Assembly (NCBI RefSeq): GCF_964355755.1
Contig: NC_092670.1
Coordinates: forward strand, 16,168,795-16,232,794
Direction: 5' to 3'
DNA from: Antedon mediterranea
Lineage: Eukaryota; Animalia; Echinodermata
DNA length: 64,000 nucleotides
Translations under genes and position numbers: made by a program
Notes under the pieces: generated by a model
Databases searched by the model: none
Seen by the model: the letters and a program-made list of their open reading frames with translations, nothing else
What the model was told of the DNA's origin: nothing
Shown: in pieces, positions 41,451-54,500 of the stretch
How the letters are laid out: every line of letters starts with the position of its first letter
Position numbering within the stretch: the first letter of the stretch is position 1

Positions 41451-42906
41451 AAGTTATAATAGTTTCTTCATTTGCGTTTACCATCCTTTCATTTCTAGGT
41501 TTTTAACTATTCAAATAATACAATCGAAGTCGGTGTAATATTGTTTGTTAGTAGATTTAAAAGTTGTACCAATCTACACAAAATGAAATAGCCTTTGCTA
41601 TTTAATGCTGATTCAAAACAACGGTATATATCAAATAAATATGTTCAATAAATAAAATTAATGTTATTATAGATTATTCTGGTTCCTTTATTCACAATAG
41701 GCCAACATATATAAACAGTTTCACGAAATTAGCGGCCATGGCAATAAGAACTGAATTGCTGCACAGCATTTTTAGAAAACATTAGAAAATACAAAGATAA
41801 AGAAGATGGTTAAGAAAATGGAATGAAAAAATTCATACAAAAATGTGAACTTCCCCCTAGAGAGAGAGAGACTGTTTATAGACCTATGTCATCTTTTAAA
41901 AATTATTATGCTTTAAAATAAAAAGAATTTTTTTTTTATGAATAAAAGTTGGCGACTCAACTAACGATCGAAGAAATAATACAATTGCGTGGCTGTGACA
42001 AAATTTGCTAAAGTTTCTTAACAAACCGATATTAATTAGCTATAATGTGTTTTTTCCATTACCACAGAGGAATTTGGCATTATTATCGATACGATGCTTT
42101 CAAGAACAAAAAAATAACCCAATTGAAATAACCAATCTACGATATTTTATGATTACTAATTAAGGCACAACAATTGCATTTGTATCGTATTTTATTGATA
42201 TTACATCGTAATGCAGAGTGGTTAATAAAAGGCGTAATTCTATTAAAAAGATAATATCATTTTGTTAAGTCTTGGTGCTGTTTTGTGCAGAGTATGGATA
42301 CGTTATTAGTTAAATATTGCGTGTTGATGGCCTTGTATTGTGATGAGCAAACCTCATTTCACTAAAAGACTATTAAATATATCTATGTTTATATTATGTT
42401 TTCTAGCCGTTTTTATTATAATAATCTATATATAAATTTACGTAAGGGCAAAATTCGGTAAATCGCGCCTTACTTCTAGAATTTTTACTCGATGGTATAT
42501 AAAGTTGGTTCGTACTTTCGGTACTGATTTCAACCACCTGATGTAACCCTGTTTACTAATTAAATTAAGTTAGATAATTAGTTAATGACGATTAAAACGA
42601 ATTTAGGTTCAACGATTTGCCCCAAATAGGGGTGTTTTCCGATCGTTGTATACACTGTCAATGGATGTCCATCTTGAAAAATACCCGCCACAAAAATGCG
42701 AGGAGGCTTCGCATTTTCCTATCTCCTCCTACGATAATTGTTTTTAATAGCTGAAAACTGGTTGAACAACTAGAGTACAGCATAATAATGTTGAAGACAG
42801 GCCGAATTTAAAAAAAAAATACTATTTTGATAGATTTAATATACGATTATAAAAATGTATTGATTTGCGATGAATGGAACATCCCAATCTCTCAGTCTGC
42901 CAGAGT

Positions 42907-43191
42907 TTGGTTTAACACAAGTAGGTAGATTTATGAGCCCTTGGTTTAACACATACGGTAGGTAAATATATGGGCCCTTTGAGAATAAACTTGCAATACT
43001 TTGACAATACTGTAAATACCTATTAACTATTTTTGGTCATCATTTGAATCGAACATTTCTTACTGTGAATGTTCGTACTGTTAGATGTAATATAAAAATA
43101 TATACAAATAAACTTTATTACTGAGATTGTGGATATGCTCTACTGTTAGATATATAAACACATTATTATATACAAATAAACTTTATACTGA
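42907..43191. repeat. Two small local duplications
   Basis: ttggtttaacaca...taggta.at.tatg.gccctt twice (42907-42979); tactgttagat...tatatacaaataaacttta twice (43076-43191). Confidence 0.7.
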
Positions 43192-43704
43192 CAGTTCCTT
43201 CTCAACGTTTGTATTCATTAATAATTACCAATAATATAAACGTCGTAGTGGTGTATCGTGACATGTACTTTAATATTTCAATCGATTATGACAGTGACAG
43301 TTTTAACAAAGTATTAAATCGCAAATGTTTTACTGTATTTAGAGGTATATTACTTATAGGCCTATAAAACATGAACAAAATATTGGATAAAGAATATATT
43401 TAAAAATTGTTCCTCTTTGTACCTATCCGCTTTCCCATCCCTCAACCCTAATGTTACATACAAAACACAAATTGGGTTTCTTTAAATGAGTCCAAATAAA
43501 AAATTTGGACTCATTTTGTGATAAGTTTCTCCTTCGGAAGTAATTCCCATGGTGCTAAATTTAGTTGACTACATAAATCATCGTGTCTATTTATTCGTTT
43601 CTGTAAACGACAATGTATTGTAGTCCTGCGGTACGTACATTTGAAATCGCCAGTTTTGTTACGCTGAAATTACTGTGTATTCGAGAACCATCTGTGGGCA
43701 CGAC

Positions 43705-43742
43705 CTAGATGGTACGCGAGCGAAGCGAGCGTACCATCTAGT
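43705..43742 (+). mobile_element. Probable Helitron 3' terminus (hairpin ending in CTAG|T)
   Basis: Perfect 13-bp stem CTAGATGGTACGC/GCGTACCATCTAG around GAGCGAAGCGA, ending in CTAG followed by T, like Helitron CTRR ends inserted between A and T. The 5' end was not located. Confidence 0.55.
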
Positions 43743-43923
43743 ATAATAAATAAATAAAGATGAATTATGATATAATGCCATTATATTTTCCGGCGTTAAT
43801 GTAAATAGTTTACCCTTTGTAATACTATTTCAAGGACTGTAAGATACCGTATACTTAAAATCTTCTCTTATGACTCAATTTTCTTTTACTCATCGCCCTT
43901 TCGCGTCGTGGTTGACCAACTAA

Positions 43924-44152
43924 AGCGTGGTTCCCACTAGCGACGCAACGCAATCAACGCAACGTAAGCAAATGGCCTTCTAATAATTGTGTTTGCCACC
44001 GCCTGTGTGAAATCAAATCTGCGATGTTTGCAGCACTATTGCGTCGTCGGTTCCCACTTGTGATTACGCAATACAGCACTTTGCGTCGCTGCGTTGCATT
44101 CTAGTGGGAACCACGTTTACCTGCGTTGCGCTTACGCCGTTGCGTTGCGTCC
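43924..44152. mobile_element. MITE family B-related copy 2, different interior, rearranged right end
   Basis: The first 30 bp are identical to 27645. The right TIR ctagtgggaaccacg lies at 44101-44115 and is followed by extra subterminal gcgttgcg repeats. Confidence 0.8.
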
Positions 44153-47100
44153 CAAAGCTATACTGTACATCATAAACGTTCAACTTTTATAACTTCCCAA
44201 TAACGTTGTGTTTTACTCTAAGCCAAAAAAGAGGGTGAGTCGGTGGTATTATTACCGGAAAAGGGGTTAATATGAATTGATTTCTGACGGGTGGTTAATT
44301 GAGTACCTTAGTGTTTATTGATAGAGCCTGCGCATACATTGATCCATACTACCGCACATCAATCAGTACGTTGCACCATAAGCAGTAATTGTCACGGAAG
44401 TAGTCCCACCTTTGGGCAGACAGAAAGTTCCAATGTGGTTTTTACTTGTGAAATTGTTTAAATGGAAACAATTTTGGCTCAGGTGAGGCTTGTCGCGATA
44501 CTGCACGCCGGAATTAGATCAATCACATAACAATGTCACTCATTAAATATCATAGTTTTAACCACCATATAAATAACAATTTTCGTGTGCCGTGTTGTGA
44601 AAACATTGTCACCAGCAAATTTCTTAAGCGGAAACATTGCGTAACGCGTTAAGGTTAAGGTTCCCAGGACACAACGCAAGGAAAGTGCGTGCCACAAGGA
44701 ACCGAACAGCTTTCTGCTTTGCGCACGTCGCAAAAGTGCTTCATTCATTCATCAGTGGAAAATTACTTTTTATTTATTGTCGTTTACATATAAAATATAC
44801 ATAGAAATGATGATGTTGATTATTCAACTTGTGGTATTAATTATATTATAATTAATGATAATTGATTTTAATGTATGTTCCAATTAGTAAAACTAACTTG
44901 ATATAATATATATTAATGTCATCAAGATAAAGTTATATTTTTTTGTTGCGACTTACAGTACGCCACCTTTATTCAAATTCACAATAAAAAGGTTCATTTC
45001 AATGTAACAGTGATTTAATTTAGGATTTAATGACTTAATGTTTAATTAATACCTCGAATTACATTGTGTGAACGGTTCTATTCTCAAAAACTAGACCCAA
45101 TTCATAATTTGTTTTTCGAGCTCTGTGAACATTCAATAAAAAAAAAGTGAATAAGCAGCCAGAAATACCAACATTATGCAACATAATAAAATAACGAATG
45201 AAAATAATTATCCTATTAATTCGGAATCTACTGCTAAAATATGCATTATAAAAATATATTAATATATGAAATACGATCATCTTCATTCATATTGATATTA
45301 TTAAATACGATCTCTTTTTATACGTCTGTATCATATAGCGTACACCCCCATCTGTCATTGCTCAATTAACCTGCAAACTGACACTAGCTTGTTGTTATTT
45401 TCCCACTTTCCCACTTTATTCATTTCCACAGTCAATATGTTATTTCTTGGCAATATTGATTAACTCGCGGACAAAAGGTCACACTTTTCTAAACAAATAA
45501 GACCACCAAACCCGTATCCGTTTGCTGAAACTGTTGAATTCAACAGATCCTATAGGCCTGAGACCCCACGGTACGGAATGTACGAAGAAGCGGCGGATAC
45601 TTGATCCGTAAAGACGATGAATTCGTAGCAACCACCGTCTAATAACAAAAACAACAAACATTTAGAGCCTAGACTCACACTTGATAATCCAAGTATATAG
45701 TTTGAATGATCACCATTTACCCGTGCTTCAAGATTCTCACGACAAGAGAGACGTTTATTGTAAATAATATACCTTAGGCTTCACGCGACTGATCCCTTAT
45801 AAAAAACATCCAATATATAAAAAACACAAAATCACACAGTACGACCTAAAAATGGAACAGATTAATGTAGATAAAAATAATTGATTCTAATTATTGCATA
45901 ATTTAACAGTAACAACAAGACCATTTTATATTTAATATTAATTTTAAGAAACAATCCAATGCGAATACAGGGTTCTGCTGAGGCGCGAATATTTAAATTT
46001 TTCTTTTTTTTCTCTTGCTGAGGCGCGGATATTAATTTTTTTTTTCTCCTGCTGCATTTTAGCTCGTATAGGCCTATAAATATCAACCAGGATGATGATC
46101 GAGATCCAACGTTTGATTTATATCCTAGCCGGTATTCACCGTTATTTCAATTTTCAACTTTGCTCATTTGAGCATTTGTAAATGATAAATATTTAGCCTA
46201 CAATGTCGGAGATTGTTTCAATTAACTCAACATCTCATCAAAAAGTGAATTGATATTGTATGATACGATTGCTCGAGGGATTCACAAACATTAAGTTCAT
46301 ATCAAATATGCCACGCTGTCCATCTATAGAATAACCATTTTGTTCCAATGTTTACTAACGTACATCCTCCACTTGCCATACATTGAAATGCGATACTGGA
46401 GTTTATAACCGACGAAAATTATTATATATACCGCGAGAGGATATTGCGCGTAACGTTACCATGCCATATCAATTTCAACGTCTATTATACGCATTACCCA
46501 TAGTTCATCAGCTGATTTATGCGATTGATTATGGAGTACGAGTTTAGTTGATAATAATTCGTTCGTTCAACAAATAATAAAGTTAAAGTCGCCTCTCACT
46601 ATTTAATTTTCTCCATCGAATTTGCGCACGCCCCTCTTTTTTTTTTAACGAAAGAAGGTGCGATTTTTTATTTTAATGCATATATTTGTGTCCAGTATCA
46701 TTGATAAATTATGTAATGCAGTATCACATATGCATCACATGTGACGCATGTATCATGAGACATAAGCCTTACCTAATCATAACTTGACATTATATTATAG
46801 TAATATAGGTGCCACAAAACAAGAAAAGATATATAAAGCCATATGTGGAGGGATATCGGTACAACAGTACAGAGAATCTGGTGTAAGGAGAACGCTACTC
46901 TTTTTTAAAAGAGGGCGTGCCTCCATGTTCGTATTATACAATTATGTATATAGATATTATAGCCGAGTTTTGCTATCTTGTCAGTATCTTTGTTACTACT
47001 GTACAGTAATATACAATATGTTTTAATACTCATTTTGATAGGCCAATATTCATTGAATGGCGATGAATGATTATGAAACCATATAACATGCATGGCTTAC

Positions 47101-49790
47101 GCTAATCCATGTGTTGACAGACAGAATATTTGAGGGAAAAAGTATGTAAAGTATAATAGTCAATAGTGATTAGTTTTAATTTTAATGTATATTTTTAAGG
47201 TCTGGTTCACACGAAAGCATTTCGTTTAAAGACGACGCGCCTTTTATTAAGTTTAACAGAGTGGAGTTTCTTGTGTGAACATGGCTTTGTAGCCAGTGAA
47301 TTTATTGTTCTACGCAAGTTATGCAAGGTATATAATTCAGCAAAATGATGCATTATTATGTCTATTTTATAACATGTTGTTATTCCCCAGTAAATTTCTA
47401 TCTACCCTATCAAGAACGTTAACATGTGAATTCTATAAATATTAGTACCTGAATGATATAATAAAAACAGTTAAAAGTTCAGTTATTATGTTTGTTACAA
47501 TATAGGCCTATAATATAATAAATGATAATATCTGTTTTTTGAAAAAGAAAAAAAATATTGCAAAGTCTGGGAGCGAGACAATCGAATTAAAATTCATGTC
47601 GCGTCAAACTCAAATGTACATTTAAATTTCATTTAATAACGTAAACAATACTTGTAATTGTACTTACAAATGAAATAAACATTTAAATTAGCAGACAATA
47701 ATATAAATTATCTGACGATAATGTCTGCTAACACTTAAAGACTATCGAATATGAATGCTTAAATAAGTTGGCGGCAAAAAGTAAAACGATTAAAGAACAA
47801 GACACGTATACGGAAAGACGCAACATTACTTTGACAGAAATGAATAAATTAAATAAGTTATTTGTTTGTTTATTTGGACAATTGTGTCTTTTTAAATTGT
47901 TTAAAAAAATTGAATATACTTGGGCAGTGGTCTTAAAATAAGGAATCAGTTTTTAAAATTACTGTTACACTTACAAATAAAAACAGATGCATAGGCCTAG
48001 CCTATATAAAATAAAAATTACAAGAAATTAAAAGTCAAACTAACAAACATGTTCGGTATAAAGCTATGTTACTAATTAAAAATAAATACACTTTCTATTT
48101 TCCAAATTTTTTCAAATTCAGATTTGAATATTGGTTATTAAAAAAAAAATAGCCGCCCCTCCATTCAAAATATAAAACATAACAAATGTATATTCGTCTG
48201 TTGTGTCTATTCGTAGTGACGTGTCATTGACAACGTCGATCAATTAATATATATGAAATTATGAGAATCTCTCGTTAATATGTTATCATATATGAAACCG
48301 AATCTTACTTATGACCAATGGTGTATTTTGTGACCAATCGTAGATGTTTTATAAGTGAAGAAAAGATTATTTTGCAGTACACCCTAAATTGTTCGTCGCC
48401 ATTATATATCACTTGTAATTAGACAACCAGCTAGTGAATAGCGAAGAATAATTTCGAGTTTGCCATCGAATTAACCTGAAAGAAATACAAGAAATACGAT
48501 ATTTGAACCAATATACAGCTTGTTTCAACTTGAAACTCTCTTGTTTTGTCTTGTGCACGTATTCTTCATGACATGCCTAACAAACAAGTCTTAATATAAC
48601 ACAATTCTTTACAGTAATCACTGCAACACTTGTACTTAATAGATAAGACTAATCGAAACATTACGCACGTGACATGCGCGTAATTGTTGACGAAATGAAA
48701 TTAGGCCATGATTTTAGATAGATTGCTAAACAATAAGACGCACAAAATAGAATACATTTCGCTAATTGCCCCATACCCTGATCTGGTAATTTTATATAGC
48801 ATTTACTGTCCTCACCGGCACGCTATATACCAAATCAAATTTCATAATCAATAGTGAACTGCTTGGCCGTTACGACAGTAGTCGGCCAAACAATAGACTT
48901 GTCTATTGAATACGAAATCGTGTTCTTTCCGCAGAATGCGCCAAGTTTATTATATTTATATTTGTACTACTAGCAATTACAACATTGCTACAAGGTTCAT
49001 ATAAGCTGGCTATCAAACAATTGAAAGATTGATTTTTGAAAGATAGTTTTCCGAAAGTGCGTGCTGCGATATTATTGAAAATTTTGCTTGGCTGAATCTG
49101 AGCCAATGTAAGAGCAATCATGTTCATCACTAATATGATTAATTCGCAGACATTGTTAGTTAAATTTCAATTTACTAGTAATTTAATAATATATTTTATA
49201 TACGAACGAATACCCGATAATCTACACCATCTTGGCGTCGGTATTATTGATTTGATTCTAGGCAAAATAATGTTTGTTTTTATAATGATTGAGTTTTTAA
49301 TGGGTCATTTGAATTGAAGAAGGTATCTGATAACTTAGCCTAAAAAGCCAATAGTTAGAAAGACAATAACGAATTAGTGAAGTTCGTTTCAGAACCTAGT
49401 TCTAACGTAATATTAATCAACTGGTATTTAATTACATTTCCAAATAAATCAAATTCTATCAATAGTTAGACGCCGCAACTTAAAGGGAGAGGTTGTCTAA
49501 GTCGAATACTATCAACAGGTATATGCCATAACATAAAGTAAAATAATATCAACAGGTACTTAACTGAGAATGCTTATAGTAAAGACATATTACATAGTTT
49601 TGCCAAACAGTGTATTTCCAAAAGGTGCTCAACCCTTTTAAGTTTAAGCAATTGAGTTGTTGATAAGTTTCTCATAAATTTACAATATTGTTTTAGTGAT
49701 TTTTTTAAGAAAGAAAAAAAGAAGAATTTAGGAGATTTCAGTTGAATTTGCTGCCATGAAAAACCTTCTAATAACATTTTGATTTTTACT

Positions 49791-50160
49791 AACCAGATCT
49801 GTGAGATCCCCAGTGGTGGTATTTAGACCACCTTCTTTTACCGCTTTCTCTAGTATCTTAGGTCTTAACTAATCCGAGCATTGAGATCTATTATTTTGGG
49901 ATTTAGATTAATTTCCTACTACAGTAATCTTTAGTATCTGGTTTAGTTCTTGGTCTTGACTAATCAGAGCATTGAGATCTCTTTTGGCATTTAGAGTAAT
50001 TTCTTACTACTCTCTAAGTATCTTGTTTACGTCTTGGTCTAACCAGGTATGTGAGATCTCTTTGGTATTTAGGCTACAGTGCCTCCTTATTTCACTCTCT
50101 CTAGTTATATCGGGTTTAGGCAGCAGATCTTTTATTTAGACTACCTTCTTACGGTCTTGT
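49791..50160. repeat. Degenerate 70-90-bp tandem repeat, about 5 units
   Basis: Recurrent (g)agatct...tttaga...tagtatct...ggtct anchors near 49803, 49883, 49973, 50053 and 50124. Confidence 0.75.
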
Positions 50161-51381
50161 TCTTAATAGAAGAACCGTATACATCTCTTTTTTACTTTCT
50201 GCACTCTTATTCACAATGTATACCACCATCAATCACGTGACCGATCTATCATAAACGCTTGGACAACTCTAAATTGAACTACTGAAAATTATACCAGAAA
50301 TTAATGATAATACAACAAAACTTAAATCACGTTTTGTTTTGGAAATTTCCAAGTGAATGAATAAAATTGAATTTCTTACCAATTGTGCAAAAGCCCGTTG
50401 TCATTGATATAATCTAGGATATTTGACTGACAGCTAGCCCTAAAGTTGCACATTTCTTCCACTAAACTTATTTAGTGTTATACATGCGCTTAATTAGGCT
50501 CAATTATATTTATTTGAGTTAGGGCTAAAGTAAGCGGCATATTACTTATCAAAGTTTCTTCCATAACTGGAAAATTAACTTGGCCTTTAGGCCTACATAT
50601 AGAATAAATTAGAAACTCCAAAAGATCTAATGAATTTTAGAAATAATTGAAATAGATATATAATTGTGTAAAAAATACATGTACAGTAATGTTAAAAGCA
50701 TTTTAAAAATGTTTTATTTATTTTTTTTAAAAGCAACGCTGCCGGCTTACTATTATTAAAATAAAAGATAGAAGATAATCATAATATATGTAAAAAAAAC
50801 ACATTAATTCTTAAAAGTCTTTTTTTGGAGCTGGTGTTCCAAATTAGTTAAGCGTATCTTGTGAGAAGGTAAGTACGCATATCTGTGAAAAATTACGCTC
50901 GTCACGCTTCAATGATCATTGCTTATTCAGATCCATTACTAATTGTAGCACAATGTTACCAACCCTACGTGCCGTTTTAATTATATATAATGAGAAAACA
51001 AGTCATTCAGAAATAGAAATATGATTGACATTCGAGAATAAAAAGATTGTGAAACCTTGAGTTGTCAAAACAGAACCATCTCTAAGCGTTGTTACAACTT
51101 CAAGGTACCTACATTTTCAAATGCAATGTTAATAAAACTATAAATAGACAAGACACCATTACTGTTGCTATTTTGCCGTATCGATATAGTTTTTAATTAA
51201 TTACAAATATAACTTTTTTATTTAAACTATTTTGAAAACATTCATTATGTAATATAACTATTTGTTTGTCATACTTGATGAATTTGATTAACAATTTTTA
51301 TTGATCATTATTATGATCTCTCTCAACAAATTAGTAACTTCGATATGTAATTCGTTAATCGATTATCCAAGCATTGGTTAT

Positions 51382-51505
51382 CAACTATTGATTATCCAAG
51401 CATTAAACATATATTAGATGTTCAATGCTTGGATAATTAATAGTTGTCTGTTCTTTCTCTATTTCTTCAATGGTTAAACCATTGAAGAAATAGAGAAGGA
51501 GCAGA
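51382..51505. repeat. Two abutting 29-bp inverted repeats
   Basis: Arms 51382-51410/51418-51446 and 51447-51475/51477-51505, each 27/29 complementary. Confidence 0.9.
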
Positions 51506-54500
51506 AATTGTTAGCAGACTTTCTTAAAATAATAAGTAGCCTAAAAGAAAGATTATTAGACCTATTACAAATATGGAATGTAATAATACTATTAATATTT
51601 TTAGTAATGATTTATTTATACACAACAGAAAGGTATCTTGAGTATAAAAAATACATTATATATACCTGATTTGATTGGAAAAAAGTTAAATGATTAAAAT
51701 TGATATCTTAGCTAGACCTTACTATTTTTACTGAGTGTTTGTTCAGTGAGGTGTACATTGTATACAATACTCATTGTTCACTTTTAACTATAACTAACAT
51801 TTTGTTCAAAATTAGAATCACTAAATACCAATTATATATGTCAATCACCAATGGTCCTCGAATTTCACACGATCGATATGAGGTCACGTGGTGTAGTAGA
51901 CCTCAATCTAGAAGACTGAGCGTGATTGAACTGGTTTTGGATTTATTTCTCTTGTTTGTTTTGGTAATTAGAAAAGTTGATAACATGTGCGATAGAAAGA
52001 GAAACACAAAACGTCATTCAGTATGTGATATTATTTCTATAGTTTTGAATTAAGAAAAAAAGAAAATCCCCGAGTTAAATCAGTAAAATTTTATAAAGTT
52101 TCCTCGTTGTGAAAATGTTCAAGTGGCGACGACTCGGATATAATTTAAATATCTAGGCATTAATCATTGTCTAAATCATAGAATTTAGTTTACACTTTGT
52201 ATATTATACAATACATATCTTTTTGGTTTTAATATTCGATATTTTTCCCCAGTGTACATTCGATTCAATGTATAAATAATTAAATGTCGCATATCATAAT
52301 ATTGATTTCATTTATTTAAATAGGCCTATACATAGAATAGACCTATATAATTTGAATGAAAATTAATATTGTATAAATCTATCAAATCAGTAACACCATG
52401 AAGAATATGCAATGTCGACGTTCACGTACTGAATGGCAGCCAGAATAATTTTCATCAGTGTTTGCACGCGCGCGTACGAATGACAAGCCATTCGTCAGTG
52501 TTTAGGGCGCGCGTGCAAAGTTATGGCTTGAATCAATTACGCGCGCGTGTAAAGTCATTGCATGAATTCATTAACGTTACGCGGCGTGCACTAGTCTTGC
52601 CATATTCATCAACTTTTGAATCTGCGCGTAAGATTGTATTTCTTATTGTTCGTTTAATATCATGAAATATGTATTTGTGTTTAATCAGCAAAGCCTGCAA
52701 GGTTTTGTTTCGCCTCTCAGCTACAAGCAGAGATCAGCTAAAAAACACTTAATCTTGCAAATAGGGTGAAACAGTTACAAGGAATATGACACAATTTGAT
52801 ATATTTGCTACCAATATTTCACGCTAGAAAGAGTCCAAAACATATCAAACAATCTCGAAAAATTATTAAATTTGCCAATGGGAATTTTAATGATATTGGA
52901 TTTAATTTGCAATTGCCGAACGCGAATCAATTTATCTTGGTGAAAATCGTAATGGAATGCTTAGCCTCAAGGGTTAGTACCCCAGATGGATACAAACTGA
53001 ACAACGCCAGTATGTATTTCTTTGTACTGATAATATAAGAGATACGACATAAAGCAATTCAGAGAACGATGGCTCTGGGGGAATGAGGATGAACATTGGA
53101 TTGATTAAAATTAGCACACTGATAAGGTACGACGAAGCTGCCAGTTGACTCCTGTTCAGGCTGGATTGATTTGCTTATGAATTTAAATGGATTTATATTT
53201 CCCTGATGATTTACATTTATAGTTTCACCGAGTTAGCCAGCCGAATGAACGGCCTGTCCGCGCTCAAGTCCCGTCCGCTGAGAAATTACCGTCGCGTCCG
53301 TAGGGAGCTACTTGATTAAGTGTATTAACAACGGAGTTTTCGTTGAGTCGAATGAAAAGTGAATCCGATATAAATGAATTGTCATCACCTTTTGCCTCTA
53401 ATAATTTACCTCAACAAGACCTTTTTTGCGCAACTATCTGTTTGACGTAAAATTGAGAGGCGCCGACTCATGTGGATCTACTATAATCGTAAAAAAGGGG
53501 GGTCATAATAATAATATCGTGTAAAACAGTTTTACTGGTATGTATTACATATAGCGGAGCAGAGCCTATCGGTACAATACATAACTTTCTGGCGTTCAAA
53601 TTGAGGTTCCTCCTCAACTTGTTTACACAACAAAACTTACGTGGAATGGAAAACTTTTGGTATGTAAAAAGGCTGTTCCCTTTTTTTACATTCGCCAATG
53701 CACTCAATGTCTTGCTATAAATCGTTGAAACCCAACATACAGTAAAACGAATTTCATCTAAAAGTGGCATTTTATTAGATTTCAGAGTGATCTATTTTTA
53801 GACAATTTAGACAATTCTAAAATATTTCATTGCAGTTTGATTAGCAAAAAAACAATATAGGCCTACGCAGATTTTTATTTTATTTACATGTTTCAGGAAA
53901 ATAATAAAACCGCACCAATTTTATAAAAAACAGATTTGGATAACCACTGATAAAACTGAGTTGTGAGGGTACAATACTAGCCGGGCTTCTTCGACAGGGA
54001 ACGATACACGACAATAGGAGCTCATTCAACACCTCAATTGTATATTCAAGAGCAGTGCATACCATTCCGTGCACACTTACCACAATTTATTGAAGTTTAT
54101 GTGAATGTTATGGTGTATATTCGTTATGATACAATACGTGTGGTACTGTAAAAAAATAATAAAATACTGCAGAAACACATAGGCCGACTGTTGCATATAT
54201 GCACTTGCTAGATATAAGTTACATTCGCATTGTTTTGCAAGAAATGCCAATTTTTAAAAATATAAAATTACAAACAAATTGCAGTCAACCATGATCTTTA
54301 TCACCAACTTTCCATTAGTCCTATAGGCCTAGATTATACTTTTTTTACAAATTAAAATAAAATCCAACCTTTTCAACCTAGTAAGAGTCTGCGATATATA
54401 AGCGTAAATTATTAAAGTCTCATTGAAATGTATACATTATGCCCCACTTTGGGTTTTCCTATTGCAACTATCTCGCTGACATGTCATTTTGACGAATTGC

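Noticed and set aside
48860-49330. Possible decayed transposase or retroelement coding sequence
   Set aside because: No recognisable RT, DDE or Rep/helicase motif in the frames examined.
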